Source: a phage
Sequence record: PZ386978.1
Length of the DNA: 64,000 nucleotides
Direction: 5' to 3' (one strand)
Under the pieces are notes generated by a model. That model searched no databases. It was not told the origin of the DNA and saw only the letters and a list, made by a program, of their open reading frames with translations. Shown here one piece after another: positions 1 through 10,367 of this stretch. Position 1 is the stretch's first letter. Each line of letters starts with the position of its first letter. The translations under genes were made by a program, and so were the position numbers.

Positions 1-193
1 GTTTGCGTGAAGTATCAATCAACGAATCTATGTTTGTAGCCCTAACCTTTTCACGTTCATCGTTAAGATAATCATCGAGAGCCTTTTCAATCTGTGAATC
101 ATCTTGACAGATAACTGTAAAGACTGTAAAGCCGTCTGTATCATCAATTATCTTACCATAACCGCTTCTGGGATGTAACTTTTTAAGAGCCAT
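1..193 (-). CDS. hypothetical protein, partial (5' end at 193, continues past window start)
   Basis: Minus-strand ATG at 193-191 (reads MALKKLHPRSGYGKIIDD...) open to the window edge; not in supplied ORF track because truncated. Confidence 0.35.
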   Translation of the reverse strand, partial: MALKKLHPRSGYGKIIDDTDGFTVFTVICQDDSQIEKALDDYLNDEREKVRATNIDSLIDTSRK

Positions 194-194
194 A

Positions 195-578
195 TCAAAT
201 ACCTGTGCAGCTTCTGTTTTCTAAGAAATACTCAACACCATACATAGCTTTTTGCATCAAATCTTCTTTAAACTGGATACGGTGGTTGAGCATAGCCTGT
301 ACATCAATATCATCATGGTGTTTCTCTTTAATATTTGCAGATTGCAGGAAATACTCTGCAAGAACACGATACTGATAGTCAGTCACCTTATCAGTCATCT
401 CTGTCAAAGACTCTTCAGAGATTGGTTTAAGTAACTCACCATTAGCCAAAGCAATCCCTTTTACAATCTGGCAAGTATCTTCTGGAACACCTGATAAGTC
501 CACATTTGGAAGTTCTGTTGCATTGACTGGTAAATTCATTGCCATAACCATTGCAGCAGCTAATAAAATCTTTTTCAT
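195..578 (-). CDS. hypothetical secreted protein (N-terminal signal peptide)
   Basis: 127 aa ORF; N-terminus MKKILLAAAMVMAMNLPVNA is signal-peptide-like; GAGG Shine-Dalgarno upstream of ATG at 578. Confidence 0.5.
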   Translation of the reverse strand: MKKILLAAAMVMAMNLPVNATELPNVDLSGVPEDTCQIVKGIALANGELLKPISEESLTEMTDKVTDYQYRVLAEYFLQSANIKEKHHDDIDVQAMLNHRIQFKEDLMQKAMYGVEYFLENRSCTGI

Positions 579-689
579 AATGACCTCAAAGTTATATTAA
601 ATTTTGTATTACATTGGGTATAAAAATAAGCTATAACACCTGACTTGTCAACAGATTTTATAGCTTATTTGGCAGATTTTTTATAAGGC

Positions 690-1100
690 TACTGCCATCC
701 TTCCATACCAAACCGTTCCCAACCCAACCCTACAGCACCGAGCCAAACCCTACCGAACCGTGCCTAACCTGACCTAGCCGTACCTTACCAAACATCGCTT
801 AAAAACCCTCTTAGAAGACGCTTAAGTGATGTAATCGAATTTTAATGTAGCTTCGATTAACTACCCATACCTCACCTTACTTAACCGTACCGCACAGAAC
901 CACACCAAACCTAACACCACTTCTCATCACCTTATTAAAAACTCTGTTTAAAGACCTTTTAAAAAGATGAGTCTCATTTTAATGTAGATGAGACTAGCTA
1001 CCCATACCTTACCTAGCCAAACCTCACCTAACCATACCAAACCCCACTCCACCTCATTAAAAGACCCTCTTAAAGACCTTTTAAAAAGGAGCCTCCGAAG
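690..1100. repeat. three tandem ~130 bp non-coding units: ACC-rich tract followed by a conserved hairpin module
   Basis: Units at ~690-860, ~860-1000, ~1000-1100; hairpins 832-859 and 970-995 share loop TTTAATGTAG with different complementary stems; unit 3 ends in hairpin GGAGCCTCCGAAGAGGCT. Confidence 0.55.
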
Positions 1101-1116
1101 AGGCTGCCTAGTCAAA

Positions 1117-1557
1117 TTAGAAAGGTTTTCTGCGTTGTTTGTTAATGTTAGCTTTCATAGCAGCTAAATGGTTTTGCTGTTCAATCAGTCGTGAACGTTC
1201 TTGATGACTAAGTGCCATAGTGTTCACATTCTCAATTGCTTGAGTGGCTTGTTTTAAAGCACGACCAATCTTACCAGACATTTTACGTTTTGCAATAGTT
1301 GCTTGATGCTTAGGTTCAACCACACGATAACCAACACCCATTGAAGCAACCAGATAAATCTTCTCTTCTTTAAGAAGCTTCTCAATAAACTTCTCAAGCC
1401 GGTTTAGACGTGTAAGTGCATAAGCCTTCATTTCATCTTCGTACTTAACAATGTCGCCTTGATAAGTTGGCTTAACAATACCTAAGAAGGTATCCATCTC
1501 AGAATGTGATACAGTGTCACCGTAACTAAACTTTGCTGCTAATGCTTTTGTATTCAT
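1117..1557 (-). CDS. hypothetical protein
   Basis: 146 aa ORF in minus-strand gene block, tightly packed with downstream ORF. Confidence 0.5.
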   Translation of the reverse strand: MNTKALAAKFSYGDTVSHSEMDTFLGIVKPTYQGDIVKYEDEMKAYALTRLNRLEKFIEKLLKEEKIYLVASMGVGYRVVEPKHQATIAKRKMSGKIGRALKQATQAIENVNTMALSHQERSRLIEQQNHLAAMKANINKQRRKPF

Positions 1558-1559
1558 AA

Positions 1560-2165
<606 letters not shown>

Positions 2166-2214
2166 TTAGTTGATTGTTAAGTTGTTTGTAAAGAACCCTC
2201 AACAGAAGACTCTT

Positions 2215-2395
2215 TAGAAACTTGGTAGATTTTTAACGTGGCTACTACCATCCACCCATACCGCGCCCGACCCTACATTACCAGACCATACAAAGCCATA
2301 CCCAACCAAACACTACCGCACCATACCGAACATCACTTAAAAACCCTCTTAGAAGACTCTTAAGTGATGCTGGTGAGTACCCGTTGGTTTATGCT
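2215..2395. repeat. fourth copy of the ACC-rich non-coding unit seen at 690-1100
   Basis: Shares GGCTACT(A/G)CCATCC start and CTTAAAAACCCTCTTAGAAGAC(G/T)CTTAAGTGATG end with the unit at 690-840; followed by hairpin GGTGAGTA...TACTCACC. Confidence 0.5.
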
Positions 2396-2434
2396 GCTCA
2401 GTATACTCACCAAATTTTCTATGTCAACAACTTT

Positions 2435-3535
2435 TTATTCGTAGTCTCGAATAACTAACCCAACAGGGAACTGTAAAGAACCCTTACGAGTCATCTTCTG
2501 GAACTGAACCGTTAAAGGCTTCCCGATAAACTCATCAGGATGCTCAGCAAGATACTGCTTCTTCTCATGAGTAGTCTTCCATGAGACATCTACAAAGACG
2601 TTAGGAAGAGTCTCTACAACGAACTTACCATGACCACGTTTATCAGTCTTTACACCAGTCACTTTAAACTCTTCAGTGTGCATCTTCTTGTGCTTAATCA
2701 AGAAGTATGAACGGTGACAACACTCATAGAAGGAGTCTTCAGAGATTGAACGGTACATTGCACCTTCAAACTTAGCTTCAACCCACTTATCATGAGCTTC
2801 ATCAAACTCTTCCCAAGAATTTACACGACGAGACTTAACAGGAACAACTCTACAGCCATCTCTAAAGTCATTCAATGGTGAAGTCTCAATAATATCTCTA
2901 CGCTCAGGCCAAGTTTTTGAATTGTCACAGATATCATACCAGTAGAACTTAAGAAGGTGGCGGTCTGGATTGTCAGCATTCTTAATCATAGACACAATAT
3001 CTTCTAAGTCCCAACCATGAGCATAAATCTCACCATCAAAGTCTTCGACTTGTGGATGCAATTTAAGCAACAAAAGCAAATCTGGGATTAGTTCTGCTGG
3101 GACGTTGTAAACAGTATTCTCACGAGAATAAGCCGTGAAACTAACTGAATCAGCATTTCTTGAAATCCTACAACGTACACCATCCAGTTTCGGTTGAGCA
3201 TCAGCAGGAAATTTCAAATACTTTGCATGACTTACCTTCGCAGCATCGTGAGCAAGCTGTACACCTACCTTTTCAGCATTCTGTGCAGACTCTTTTGTGT
3301 AAGCATAACCTTTACGGTCAACTTGCTTTTTATACTTAGCAGAAACTTCAAAGAGAGCTTGCTGTTCAGCGTTACGCTCATTCTTTTTACCGATGTTTTT
3401 AGGTTCTGCTGTATACTCTTCAAACATCATCTTGCCATTTTCTTTGCCATACGTGGTAACAACTTTGTCACCTACAGCAACGCATGACCAGACGTTAAAA
3501 GAGCCGTCTTTATTTTGTTTGTATAGAATTGTCAT
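2435..3535 (-). CDS. ATP-dependent DNA ligase
   Basis: 366 aa; adenylation motif I KxDGxR present as PKLDGVRC; size and context typical of phage ligases. Confidence 0.8.
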   Translation of the reverse strand: MTILYKQNKDGSFNVWSCVAVGDKVVTTYGKENGKMMFEEYTAEPKNIGKKNERNAEQQALFEVSAKYKKQVDRKGYAYTKESAQNAEKVGVQLAHDAAKVSHAKYLKFPADAQPKLDGVRCRISRNADSVSFTAYSRENTVYNVPAELIPDLLLLLKLHPQVEDFDGEIYAHGWDLEDIVSMIKNADNPDRHLLKFYWYDICDNSKTWPERRDIIETSPLNDFRDGCRVVPVKSRRVNSWEEFDEAHDKWVEAKFEGAMYRSISEDSFYECCHRSYFLIKHKKMHTEEFKVTGVKTDKRGHGKFVVETLPNVFVDVSWKTTHEKKQYLAEHPDEFIGKPLTVQFQKMTRKGSLQFPVGLVIRDYE

Positions 3536-3738
3536 TTTCTCTTACCACCAATTTCCACGTCAATAACTTGAACATCACCAGCAACATCAAACTTATGAAT
3601 GATGCTTTCCACAGTGTAAGTCCAACCCTCGATGCGAACCAATTCACCTTCTCGTGGGACGATTGGATTACGTTGAGCTACGGTTGTAGTGGAGTGAACA
3701 ACATCATAACAGTAGATATAGTTTACTAGAACTTGCAT
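3532..3738 (-). CDS. hypothetical small protein
   Basis: 68 aa ORF, start overlaps stop of downstream gene. Confidence 0.35.
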   Translation of the reverse strand: MQVLVNYIYCYDVVHSTTTVAQRNPIVPREGELVRIEGWTYTVESIIHKFDVAGDVQVIDVEIGGKRK

Positions 3739-3747
3739 ATCCCCACC

Positions 3748-4002
3748 TTAAAAGAATAAGTCAGATGCTTTTGGGTTGATTAAACTCATGCAGTTTTGAA
3801 GCATGGCTTCATTGTAACCCTCTTGGCAAACTGCGTAGAGTTTATCGAAAGTTTCTTTTGATACGGGGGAGACTGATAACTCTTGGCATACACTAAGATA
3901 CCATTCGTAATCTAAGCCTCTGCTCCAAGCGTCAGCGATTAAGGCTGTAGCTTTGTCTTTGCTTCTGATAACTTCATCAGACTTTTCAATTTTACTGTTC
4001 AC
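3748..4002 (-). CDS. hypothetical protein
   Basis: 84 aa ORF in co-directional compact block. Confidence 0.4.
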   Translation of the reverse strand: MNSKIEKSDEVIRSKDKATALIADAWSRGLDYEWYLSVCQELSVSPVSKETFDKLYAVCQEGYNEAMLQNCMSLINPKASDLFF

Positions 4003-4234
4003 GATGCTCCACCTCTCTGTACGTTCGTCGATAATATATAATAAGCTGTGCTAACTCGTTGCTTTTAACATCTGAACGCAGCAGTTGCCAATCAAAACCT
4101 TTACCGACTCTTCCATACAGACTAAATAATTTTACTTTGCGTTTCATTTTGGTATACCAATACTCAGAAGTCAATATTAATACGTTCGCCCTTAAGGACT
4201 CCAGTACGGTCCCTTGCAATCTTGCCATCAACAA
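3992..4234 (-). CDS. hypothetical protein
   Basis: 80 aa ORF, overlapping start/stop with neighbours. Confidence 0.4.
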   Translation of the reverse strand: MLMARLQGTVLESLRANVLILTSEYWYTKMKRKVKLFSLYGRVGKGFDWQLLRSDVKSNELAQLIIYYRRTYREVEHREQ

Positions 4235-4391
4235 TAAGGATATGTGCAGCCCTTAAAGATTCACTATTAAAACCTTTTACGAACTTGCTAGGCATCACTA
4301 CAATAAGCATTTCCTGAATTAACTCTGGAGTGTAGCAATTGTCATGAAGTTGCTGAATAACGTCTGCAAGTGTCATTTTTGATGTCTCCAA
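4164..4391 (-). CDS. hypothetical protein
   Basis: 75 aa ORF; overlaps 3992..4234 in a different frame, so one of the two may be spurious or the start is internal. Confidence 0.35.
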   Translation of the reverse strand: METSKMTLADVIQQLHDNCYTPELIQEMLIVVMPSKFVKGFNSESLRAAHILIVDGKIARDRTGVLKGERINIDF

Positions 4392-4582
4392 TACTCAATG
4401 TCAATAAGTTCTTGTGCAATGCTTTTCAGATTACCTTTCAAGAAAACCTTCTCAGAACCAGAAAGAGATGAATTGTCAATTAACCTGTTCATCCTCTCAA
4501 ACAACTTCTGCTTACGGTTCTTGATAGTTTCCTTCGAAGCACCTTTCAACATCGCTGCATGGGTTCTTCCACGGTGGCTCAT
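4373..4582 (-). CDS. hypothetical protein
   Basis: 69 aa ORF. Confidence 0.4.
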   Translation of the reverse strand: MSHRGRTHAAMLKGASKETIKNRKQKLFERMNRLIDNSSLSGSEKVFLKGNLKSIAQELIDIEYWRHQK

Positions 4583-4633
4583 AAGCCCTCCTATACAAGA
4601 TATAGTATAAGGTACTCTTCCCTGAGCACCTTG

Positions 4634-5161
4634 TCAACTTAGTTTTGCAAACTCTCCGTGGAGTTTTACAGCAGCTTCACAGTAAGCTTTATGGGCTTCT
4701 TCAGGTGTGTCATAGTAGCCTAATGACATCTTTTTACCTTTATAGCTTATTTGTGCAACCCACCTGCCAGACTTCTTCTTCAGGCTTACACCTTTATAGC
4801 CTGATTTATTGGTGGATAGTTTGCTTTTATTCCAAGCACTTTGGCAGTCATCTGCTTCTCTTAAGTTTACAACCCTGTTATCAAGGGAGTCCCCATTAAT
4901 ATGGTCAATAACACCTTTCGGTAGCCTACCATACACGTACAGCCATGCGAGTCTGTGTGCTTTATGTGCTTTCTTGTCAAAATAGATAGTAATCTGCTTA
5001 TGACCAGTTGAGTCAATCTGGATGCTCCCCGCTACCTGTCCTGCGTACTTACTATTAAAGACTTTAACAGCCCTTGAGTCACCCTCTCTACGAAGCCAAG
5101 TAAAGACCCCTGTTTCGGGGTCATAGTGTAGTAGTTCCTTTAAACGTTCTTGTGTAATCAT
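4634..5161 (-). CDS. HNH homing endonuclease with AP2-type DNA-binding domain
   Basis: N-terminal HYDPETGVFTWL...HRLAWLYVYG...VDHINGDSLDNRVVNLREA (HNH core) then GVSLKKKSGRWVAQISYKGKKMSLGYYDTPEEAHKAY (AP2-like); start placed at internal Met (MITQERL) by comparison with paralogue at 14764. Confidence 0.7.
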   Translation of the reverse strand: MITQERLKELLHYDPETGVFTWLRREGDSRAVKVFNSKYAGQVAGSIQIDSTGHKQITIYFDKKAHKAHRLAWLYVYGRLPKGVIDHINGDSLDNRVVNLREADDCQSAWNKSKLSTNKSGYKGVSLKKKSGRWVAQISYKGKKMSLGYYDTPEEAHKAYCEAAVKLHGEFAKLS

Positions 5162-5171
5162 TTTGTCACCA

Positions 5172-7871
5172 TTAATGCACTTCCAACCACGATTTACCAA
5201 CCTTACCAGTACCAGTTACCAGTGTTTCACTCTTTAGTCCTAAGTTCTTAGAGGCTTGACCGTAATACCAATCAGTGACAGCCTTCACCTCTGCCGTCAT
5301 ACTTTCTGGGCATTCCCAACTCGTCTCGTCGTGATAGGAGCACAATAAACGAGCACCTATAGCTGGTTTGCGACCGTTCAACTTCATCAAACCTTCGTCA
5401 ATCATACGACGGCAAGCAAGGTTAATTGCCTCGTTCTGAATCTGACTTTCCGAACCCATGAGCAAATAATTCAATAACTTATGTGGAGATTTACACCACA
5501 ACCAAGCTCCAGCAACCTTTACAAAACCTCCTTTAGAGATTGCAGCAGTCTTACCAAACACCTCTTCAAGTGCCTTTTTAGTTGCTTTGTAGTCAGCTTC
5601 CAAGTCATCTAGCAGCTTCTTAATTTTAGGCAAACGAATAAAGTAAGTCTGTTTAGTCAGCGCACCTTCCTGAGTAGTTGCAGCTTTAATTGTCTTAGCA
5701 AACTTCTCATCACCTGCACCGAACAGTAGTGCATAGATACCATTCTTAGCTTTCTTACGACCTTTGCTAATCTCATGAAGAAGATTCTCATCCTGAGTAG
5801 CTCGACAAGTCAAGATGTCCTGCTCATCGTTCAAGCTAAAGTAAATACTGTTCAGTGTATGTGCATCAGTCCCTGAATAGACAACGTACAGGTCATTCTC
5901 AGAGTCATAGCGAAGGTACTTATCAATTTCTGGGTTGAGATACTCATCAAAATGTTTGCAGTAATAGCGTCCATCTTCTTGACGAATGAACTCAATTTCT
6001 TCTTTACCTTGTGTTACCGCTTTGGTGAAGTCTTTATCACCCATAAAGTTACAAAGGAGAACTAGCTGGGCTGAGTTCATGTCTACAGAGACAACGTTAG
6101 TCCCTTCCTCACAAATCCACACTGCCCTCATTGGTTCCCCATAGACAGCAGCACCAGACGGTACGTTTACAATACCATATTGTGTCATACGTCCAGTTGA
6201 AGTACCAAACACCATTGCACCAGCACTAAGGCGACCATCAGGACGAATCTGGTTCAACCAACCTTTTTCATCATCTTTTGAGTTCTCAATAGTTCTGCGT
6301 CGGTGCATTAAAGTATAGTACTTAGCAATCTTCTGTCCAAGCTCACCTTCAATCGTATCATAAGATGATTCAGTAAGTTTTGGTGAAGTACGGATTAAGC
6401 AAGGCTCAAGCAAATCTGTATATTTCTTCACAGACCAGTTATGCTCAATGTACTGTACACCTTCATGTTCAACATAACTCAAACCACATCGTTCCACCAT
6501 TTCCTGCCACTTAGGATGTTTTGTAATCATCTTTTTATTGTCTTTGAAACGACAAACTTTGACAGGGCGACCGTCTGAGTCTTTCTTGTAGTTCCAGTCA
6601 TCTGGAATCCAACCAACTGATTTCAAGTAGTCTTTAACAACTGCTACCTGAGTCATACGAGAAACTTCGAACTCAATTGGTGTATATGGTGCATCAATCA
6701 AACCTGTGTAGCGACTTGACTCAAGTTCAAAGTGGTTAACAACGTGACTGTTATAGTACTTCACAGTTTTGACTGTTTTTACTGGCTTCCAGTCTTTGCA
6801 CTTCTTACCAATCTTTGCGTTCAACTCATTGCAAATTGCACGAGCATCCTTCATTGCTACAAAACCTTCCTTGTACTCTTCACCAGTTACAGTGTTGGTT
6901 GGTGTATAGCAATTCCTTTTCTCAATGTTAAAAATCTTTGTAGTTGGCTTACCAAATGGCTTGATTTCATATGTTTGCATCTCGCCGTTACGTACCTGCT
7001 GACGATACTTCGTCTTAGGGTACTTGGTAATTCTTTTCAGACCATCTGCATGACCGAATGTTTCAACATACTCATTCCAAGCTTTTGCAAACTCTTCTCC
7101 AGTGACTTTACCTTTGGTCTTAATAGTTGGAGGAAGATGTGGTTCAACCTCTGAAGCAAGCTCATTAGTCAATTTGTCAAGTTCCTTCACATGGAACTCC
7201 ATAAGCTCTTTATCAGCTTTCCAGCCATTAATAGCTTGTTGACTCATCCAGAAAGATGTCTCTTTAGCTCGCATGTAAGTCTCATAAGTGTCTATACCAC
7301 ACTTCTTAAGCTTGAGATACTCGTTATCAAGTGCCCGTTTAGTTTTGGCGTTAATACGGATATCTTCTACAACACGAGTGAAGATTTCTGCATTCCACAC
7401 ACCCCAATGTTCAATCTCTGGTTTACGGACACCAACACGAGCACCCCATGCAGCCAAACCATGAGCACCTTTATAACCCTTTGGAGTTGGTCTATCCATC
7501 CACTGAACACGAGACTGGATAAGAGAATCCTGAAAGAAATTACTCCACGGCTTACATTTTGGATTATCAAAGTTCCATAAATCAGGTGCAATGTGATTGA
7601 AAACCCACCAGTCATAGCCGAGACCATTATGGATGCAAAGACGTTTTGCCTTTAACGCAAATTCAACACCTTCACGTAAGCCGCCCTTGATGTACTTGGT
7701 ATACTTGTGACCGAGGATAGGCTCATCTGTAAAGACCCATACAGGAGGCTCTTCATCGTCAGATTTATAGTCTGCAAAAGCCATTACGTGAACTTTAGTG
7801 AACTCAAGGAGTAAACCATCAGTCTCTGTATCACCAACTAAATGTAAGTTTTTAAAATCTACGTTTTCCAT
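5172..7871 (-). CDS. DNA polymerase, family A, with 3'-5' proofreading exonuclease
   Basis: Exo motif GDTETDG near N-terminus; polymerase motifs KKAKNGIYALLFGAG and YHDE; start at Met MENVDF with GGAGGG SD (ORF track begins 30 nt upstream). Confidence 0.9.
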   Translation of the reverse strand: MENVDFKNLHLVGDTETDGLLLEFTKVHVMAFADYKSDDEEPPVWVFTDEPILGHKYTKYIKGGLREGVEFALKAKRLCIHNGLGYDWWVFNHIAPDLWNFDNPKCKPWSNFFQDSLIQSRVQWMDRPTPKGYKGAHGLAAWGARVGVRKPEIEHWGVWNAEIFTRVVEDIRINAKTKRALDNEYLKLKKCGIDTYETYMRAKETSFWMSQQAINGWKADKELMEFHVKELDKLTNELASEVEPHLPPTIKTKGKVTGEEFAKAWNEYVETFGHADGLKRITKYPKTKYRQQVRNGEMQTYEIKPFGKPTTKIFNIEKRNCYTPTNTVTGEEYKEGFVAMKDARAICNELNAKIGKKCKDWKPVKTVKTVKYYNSHVVNHFELESSRYTGLIDAPYTPIEFEVSRMTQVAVVKDYLKSVGWIPDDWNYKKDSDGRPVKVCRFKDNKKMITKHPKWQEMVERCGLSYVEHEGVQYIEHNWSVKKYTDLLEPCLIRTSPKLTESSYDTIEGELGQKIAKYYTLMHRRRTIENSKDDEKGWLNQIRPDGRLSAGAMVFGTSTGRMTQYGIVNVPSGAAVYGEPMRAVWICEEGTNVVSVDMNSAQLVLLCNFMGDKDFTKAVTQGKEEIEFIRQEDGRYYCKHFDEYLNPEIDKYLRYDSENDLYVVYSGTDAHTLNSIYFSLNDEQDILTCRATQDENLLHEISKGRKKAKNGIYALLFGAGDEKFAKTIKAATTQEGALTKQTYFIRLPKIKKLLDDLEADYKATKKALEEVFGKTAAISKGGFVKVAGAWLWCKSPHKLLNYLLMGSESQIQNEAINLACRRMIDEGLMKLNGRKPAIGARLLCSYHDETSWECPESMTAEVKAVTDWYYGQASKNLGLKSETLVTGTGKVGKSWLEVH

Positions 7872-8128
7872 TTTTACTCCCTCTAAAATCATTAACCTCA
7901 TACATTACTGCAAAAAATTATAAAAAGCAAGTTGACAATGCACTTGACAAGGTGTTAATCTTTGCGAAGTGGGTTTTTACTTAAAAGGTTACTTAACAGT
8001 TTAACTATACAGATACTTTAAAACTCTTAAAAGATTATTTAATAGCTTTTAAAAAGCTTTAAAGTATAACGTATAGAATACGTTAAGATAAAAGATTAAA
8101 ACTTAATAGTTACTTAAAAGAGGCTTAC

Positions 8129-8551
8129 ATGCAGAAAATGTTTGTTCACCCAGACATAGCTGACTTTGTTAGAGCTTTGCAGAAGTTGGAAGAACTTGAC
8201 ATTGCTGCTCAACGGGAATATGCTCACCATCACAGGAGAATGGTTGATATACAACATGAAATAGAGTTGTCTGAAAACTATGAAGATGACTTAAAATGCT
8301 CTGTATTTGAGCATATGAAAGATGTTGCTACAGCGAGACGTAAAGCTAAAGACACAGTTGCTTTACTAGATTCTCTTAAAAAGAGGTTGCAAAGTGGTAC
8401 AGACCTGTGTAATCTGGCGTCACTGATTAACGATGTTGAAACTTCTTGGGATAGGCACTATTATCCACGCTCTGAAAAGACACTTGACTTTTCTTCATCA
8501 GAAAACTTAAAATGTTCTAGAAAGAAACTTAACCAACTGAGAGAGAAATAA
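8129..8551 (+). CDS. hypothetical protein
   Basis: 140 aa, first gene of plus-strand block after divergent intergenic region. Confidence 0.5.
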   Translation: MQKMFVHPDIADFVRALQKLEELDIAAQREYAHHHRRMVDIQHEIELSENYEDDLKCSVFEHMKDVATARRKAKDTVALLDSLKKRLQSGTDLCNLASLINDVETSWDRHYYPRSEKTLDFSSSENLKCSRKKLNQLREK

Positions 8552-8552
8552 T

Positions 8553-9353
8553 ATGAATATCGATGTAGAAAAGATGCTTGAAGAAAAAGGTATTGACGAA
8601 GCATTTTTAATCAATGCCGTAGAAAGTATGGCTATGATTCTTCGTGGGAACAACTACACAGAACAGTTTATGCCTTCAAGCTATAACTTGCCTGAAGACA
8701 AGTCTGATAACGGTGCTTTTGCAGAACAGGTTAACATGATGTTGACAGACACTACACTTGCTCTGGCATCTATTGCGGTTGGTGTTGATGCACTTGCTGA
8801 GTTTATTTTTTATGAAATGCAAAAGAATGACTATATCAGGATGTCAGACGAAGATAAGGAACTGTTGCTGACTAAGGATACTGATTTCCTTATTGACATG
8901 CTTATCTCATCAACTAGTGCTGTTATGGCTGCTCTTGAGAAGCGTATGGAAGAAAAGCTGTCACGATATGAAAAGCTTGATTGGGGCGTAGAAGAATTAA
9001 GCCCACGAATCAAGGAGATTATCCAGCAAACTAAAGAGTCTTTGGAAGAAGCTGTTGAAAATGACTCTGTAGCTGATATAGAACCACTTCAGGTGAAAGT
9101 TGCACTGATGATTCCAGCTATCTCTACGATGATGAATATCGTTGCACTAATCCAACTTTCACAGATGATGGGTATGAGTATTAAGTTTATTGAGGAGATG
9201 ACTGGCGGTGTCAGTATGCAAGCAATCAATGATGTTTTGGTGAACATTGGTGCTTCAATCATTGAAGAGAAACTACGCATTAACTTCGGTGATGATTTTG
9301 TGAAGCAACTCTCAGCTATGGCTGAAAAAGAGTCTGCTGAGCAACTGCACTAA
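8553..9353 (+). CDS. hypothetical protein
   Basis: 266 aa ORF, start 2 nt after previous stop. Confidence 0.5.
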   Translation: MNIDVEKMLEEKGIDEAFLINAVESMAMILRGNNYTEQFMPSSYNLPEDKSDNGAFAEQVNMMLTDTTLALASIAVGVDALAEFIFYEMQKNDYIRMSDEDKELLLTKDTDFLIDMLISSTSAVMAALEKRMEEKLSRYEKLDWGVEELSPRIKEIIQQTKESLEEAVENDSVADIEPLQVKVALMIPAISTMMNIVALIQLSQMMGMSIKFIEEMTGGVSMQAINDVLVNIGASIIEEKLRINFGDDFVKQLSAMAEKESAEQLH

Positions 9354-9371
9354 GTCTTTATAAATCTTACA

Positions 9372-9397
9372 AGCCTCCTTAGTTGGGGGCTTTTTAG
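9372..9397 (+). terminator. putative intrinsic terminator
   Basis: Imperfect GC hairpin AGCCTCC...GGGGGCT followed by TTTTT. Confidence 0.4.
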
Positions 9398-9414
9398 TAA
9401 TTAATGGAGATAAA

Positions 9415-10158
9415 ATGAATAAAATCATCGCATTTACTGGAAAGGCACGTTCTGGAAAAGACACCTCATGTTCTATTGTGAAGAACATCTTAGAGGATGA
9501 GTATGGCTACAATGTTGAAGTAATGGCCTTTGCAGACAACCTTAAACTATCTGCATCAAAGATATTTGACTTGACTTGGAATGACCTGTACGGTGGAACT
9601 AAAGAGACTCTACAGGTTTTTGACTTATCATATCCTGAACTGATGTTTAAAGTTACGGAAGCTATGGAGTTCACCTTCAGAGATGAACGTTACCATATGG
9701 ACTTCAAGCTTATGTCAGAGTTAACCGGACGATTAATCATAGAGCTTAAGAAGGTTGCTAAACCGACTCTATTGACACGTCTGGGGTTTAGCAAAAAGTA
9801 TAAATTCTCATCAAGACAAATTCAACAGATTTGGGGCACTGAAGTTGTCCGTAAAGTAATGGGCGACAAGTTCTGGTCTAAAGACCTTGAAAAAAGAATG
9901 GCTAGATTCTATGAAATGTGCTCACTTAGAAATCAATATGGTTTTGTCTTAATCAGCGATTTAAGATTTGACTCTGAAGCTGAATGGCTGAGTAGATTTG
10001 CACACCAAACTATTGAAGTAAAAAGAGACAATGTGGACAAAGTTTCATCACATGTTTCAGAAAATGGGATTTCTACAAAATATGAGCGTGACATTATTCA
10101 TAATAATGGTACTCTTGCAGACCTTGAGAACAAGCTAAGAGCCATCATTAAAGTTTAA
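9415..10158 (+). CDS. deoxynucleoside monophosphate kinase-like P-loop protein
   Basis: N-terminal FTGKARSGKDT P-loop resembling phage dNMP kinase. Confidence 0.55.
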   Translation: MNKIIAFTGKARSGKDTSCSIVKNILEDEYGYNVEVMAFADNLKLSASKIFDLTWNDLYGGTKETLQVFDLSYPELMFKVTEAMEFTFRDERYHMDFKLMSELTGRLIIELKKVAKPTLLTRLGFSKKYKFSSRQIQQIWGTEVVRKVMGDKFWSKDLEKRMARFYEMCSLRNQYGFVLISDLRFDSEAEWLSRFAHQTIEVKRDNVDKVSSHVSENGISTKYERDIIHNNGTLADLENKLRAIIKV

Positions 10159-10166
10159 AAGAGAGA

Positions 10167-10367
10167 ATGAAGATGAGAGTAAAAGACAATTTTAAAGTTA
10201 TTGACCACCGTTTAGTGGAACTCTCATCTCTTTCCAATGAGGTAATGATTGAACGTCTTAAGAGAGTTGAATCACGAAGGAAAGAGATTGCAGATGAAAT
10301 TCATGAACTGGACAAGATTGAAAATGGATTAAAAGCAGAACTACAACGAAGAGGTGCTAATGTCTAA
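10167..10367 (+). CDS. hypothetical small protein
   Basis: 66 aa ORF. Confidence 0.4.
   Translation: MKMRVKDNFKVIDHRLVELSSLSNEVMIERLKRVESRRKEIADEIHELDKIENGLKAELQRRGANV

Noticed and set aside
6732-7580. Plus-strand ORFs of 129-140 aa inside the DNA polymerase gene
   Set aside because: Antisense to a well-supported 900 aa polymerase ORF; hydrophobic low-complexity translations typical of chance ORFs opposite AT-rich coding sequence
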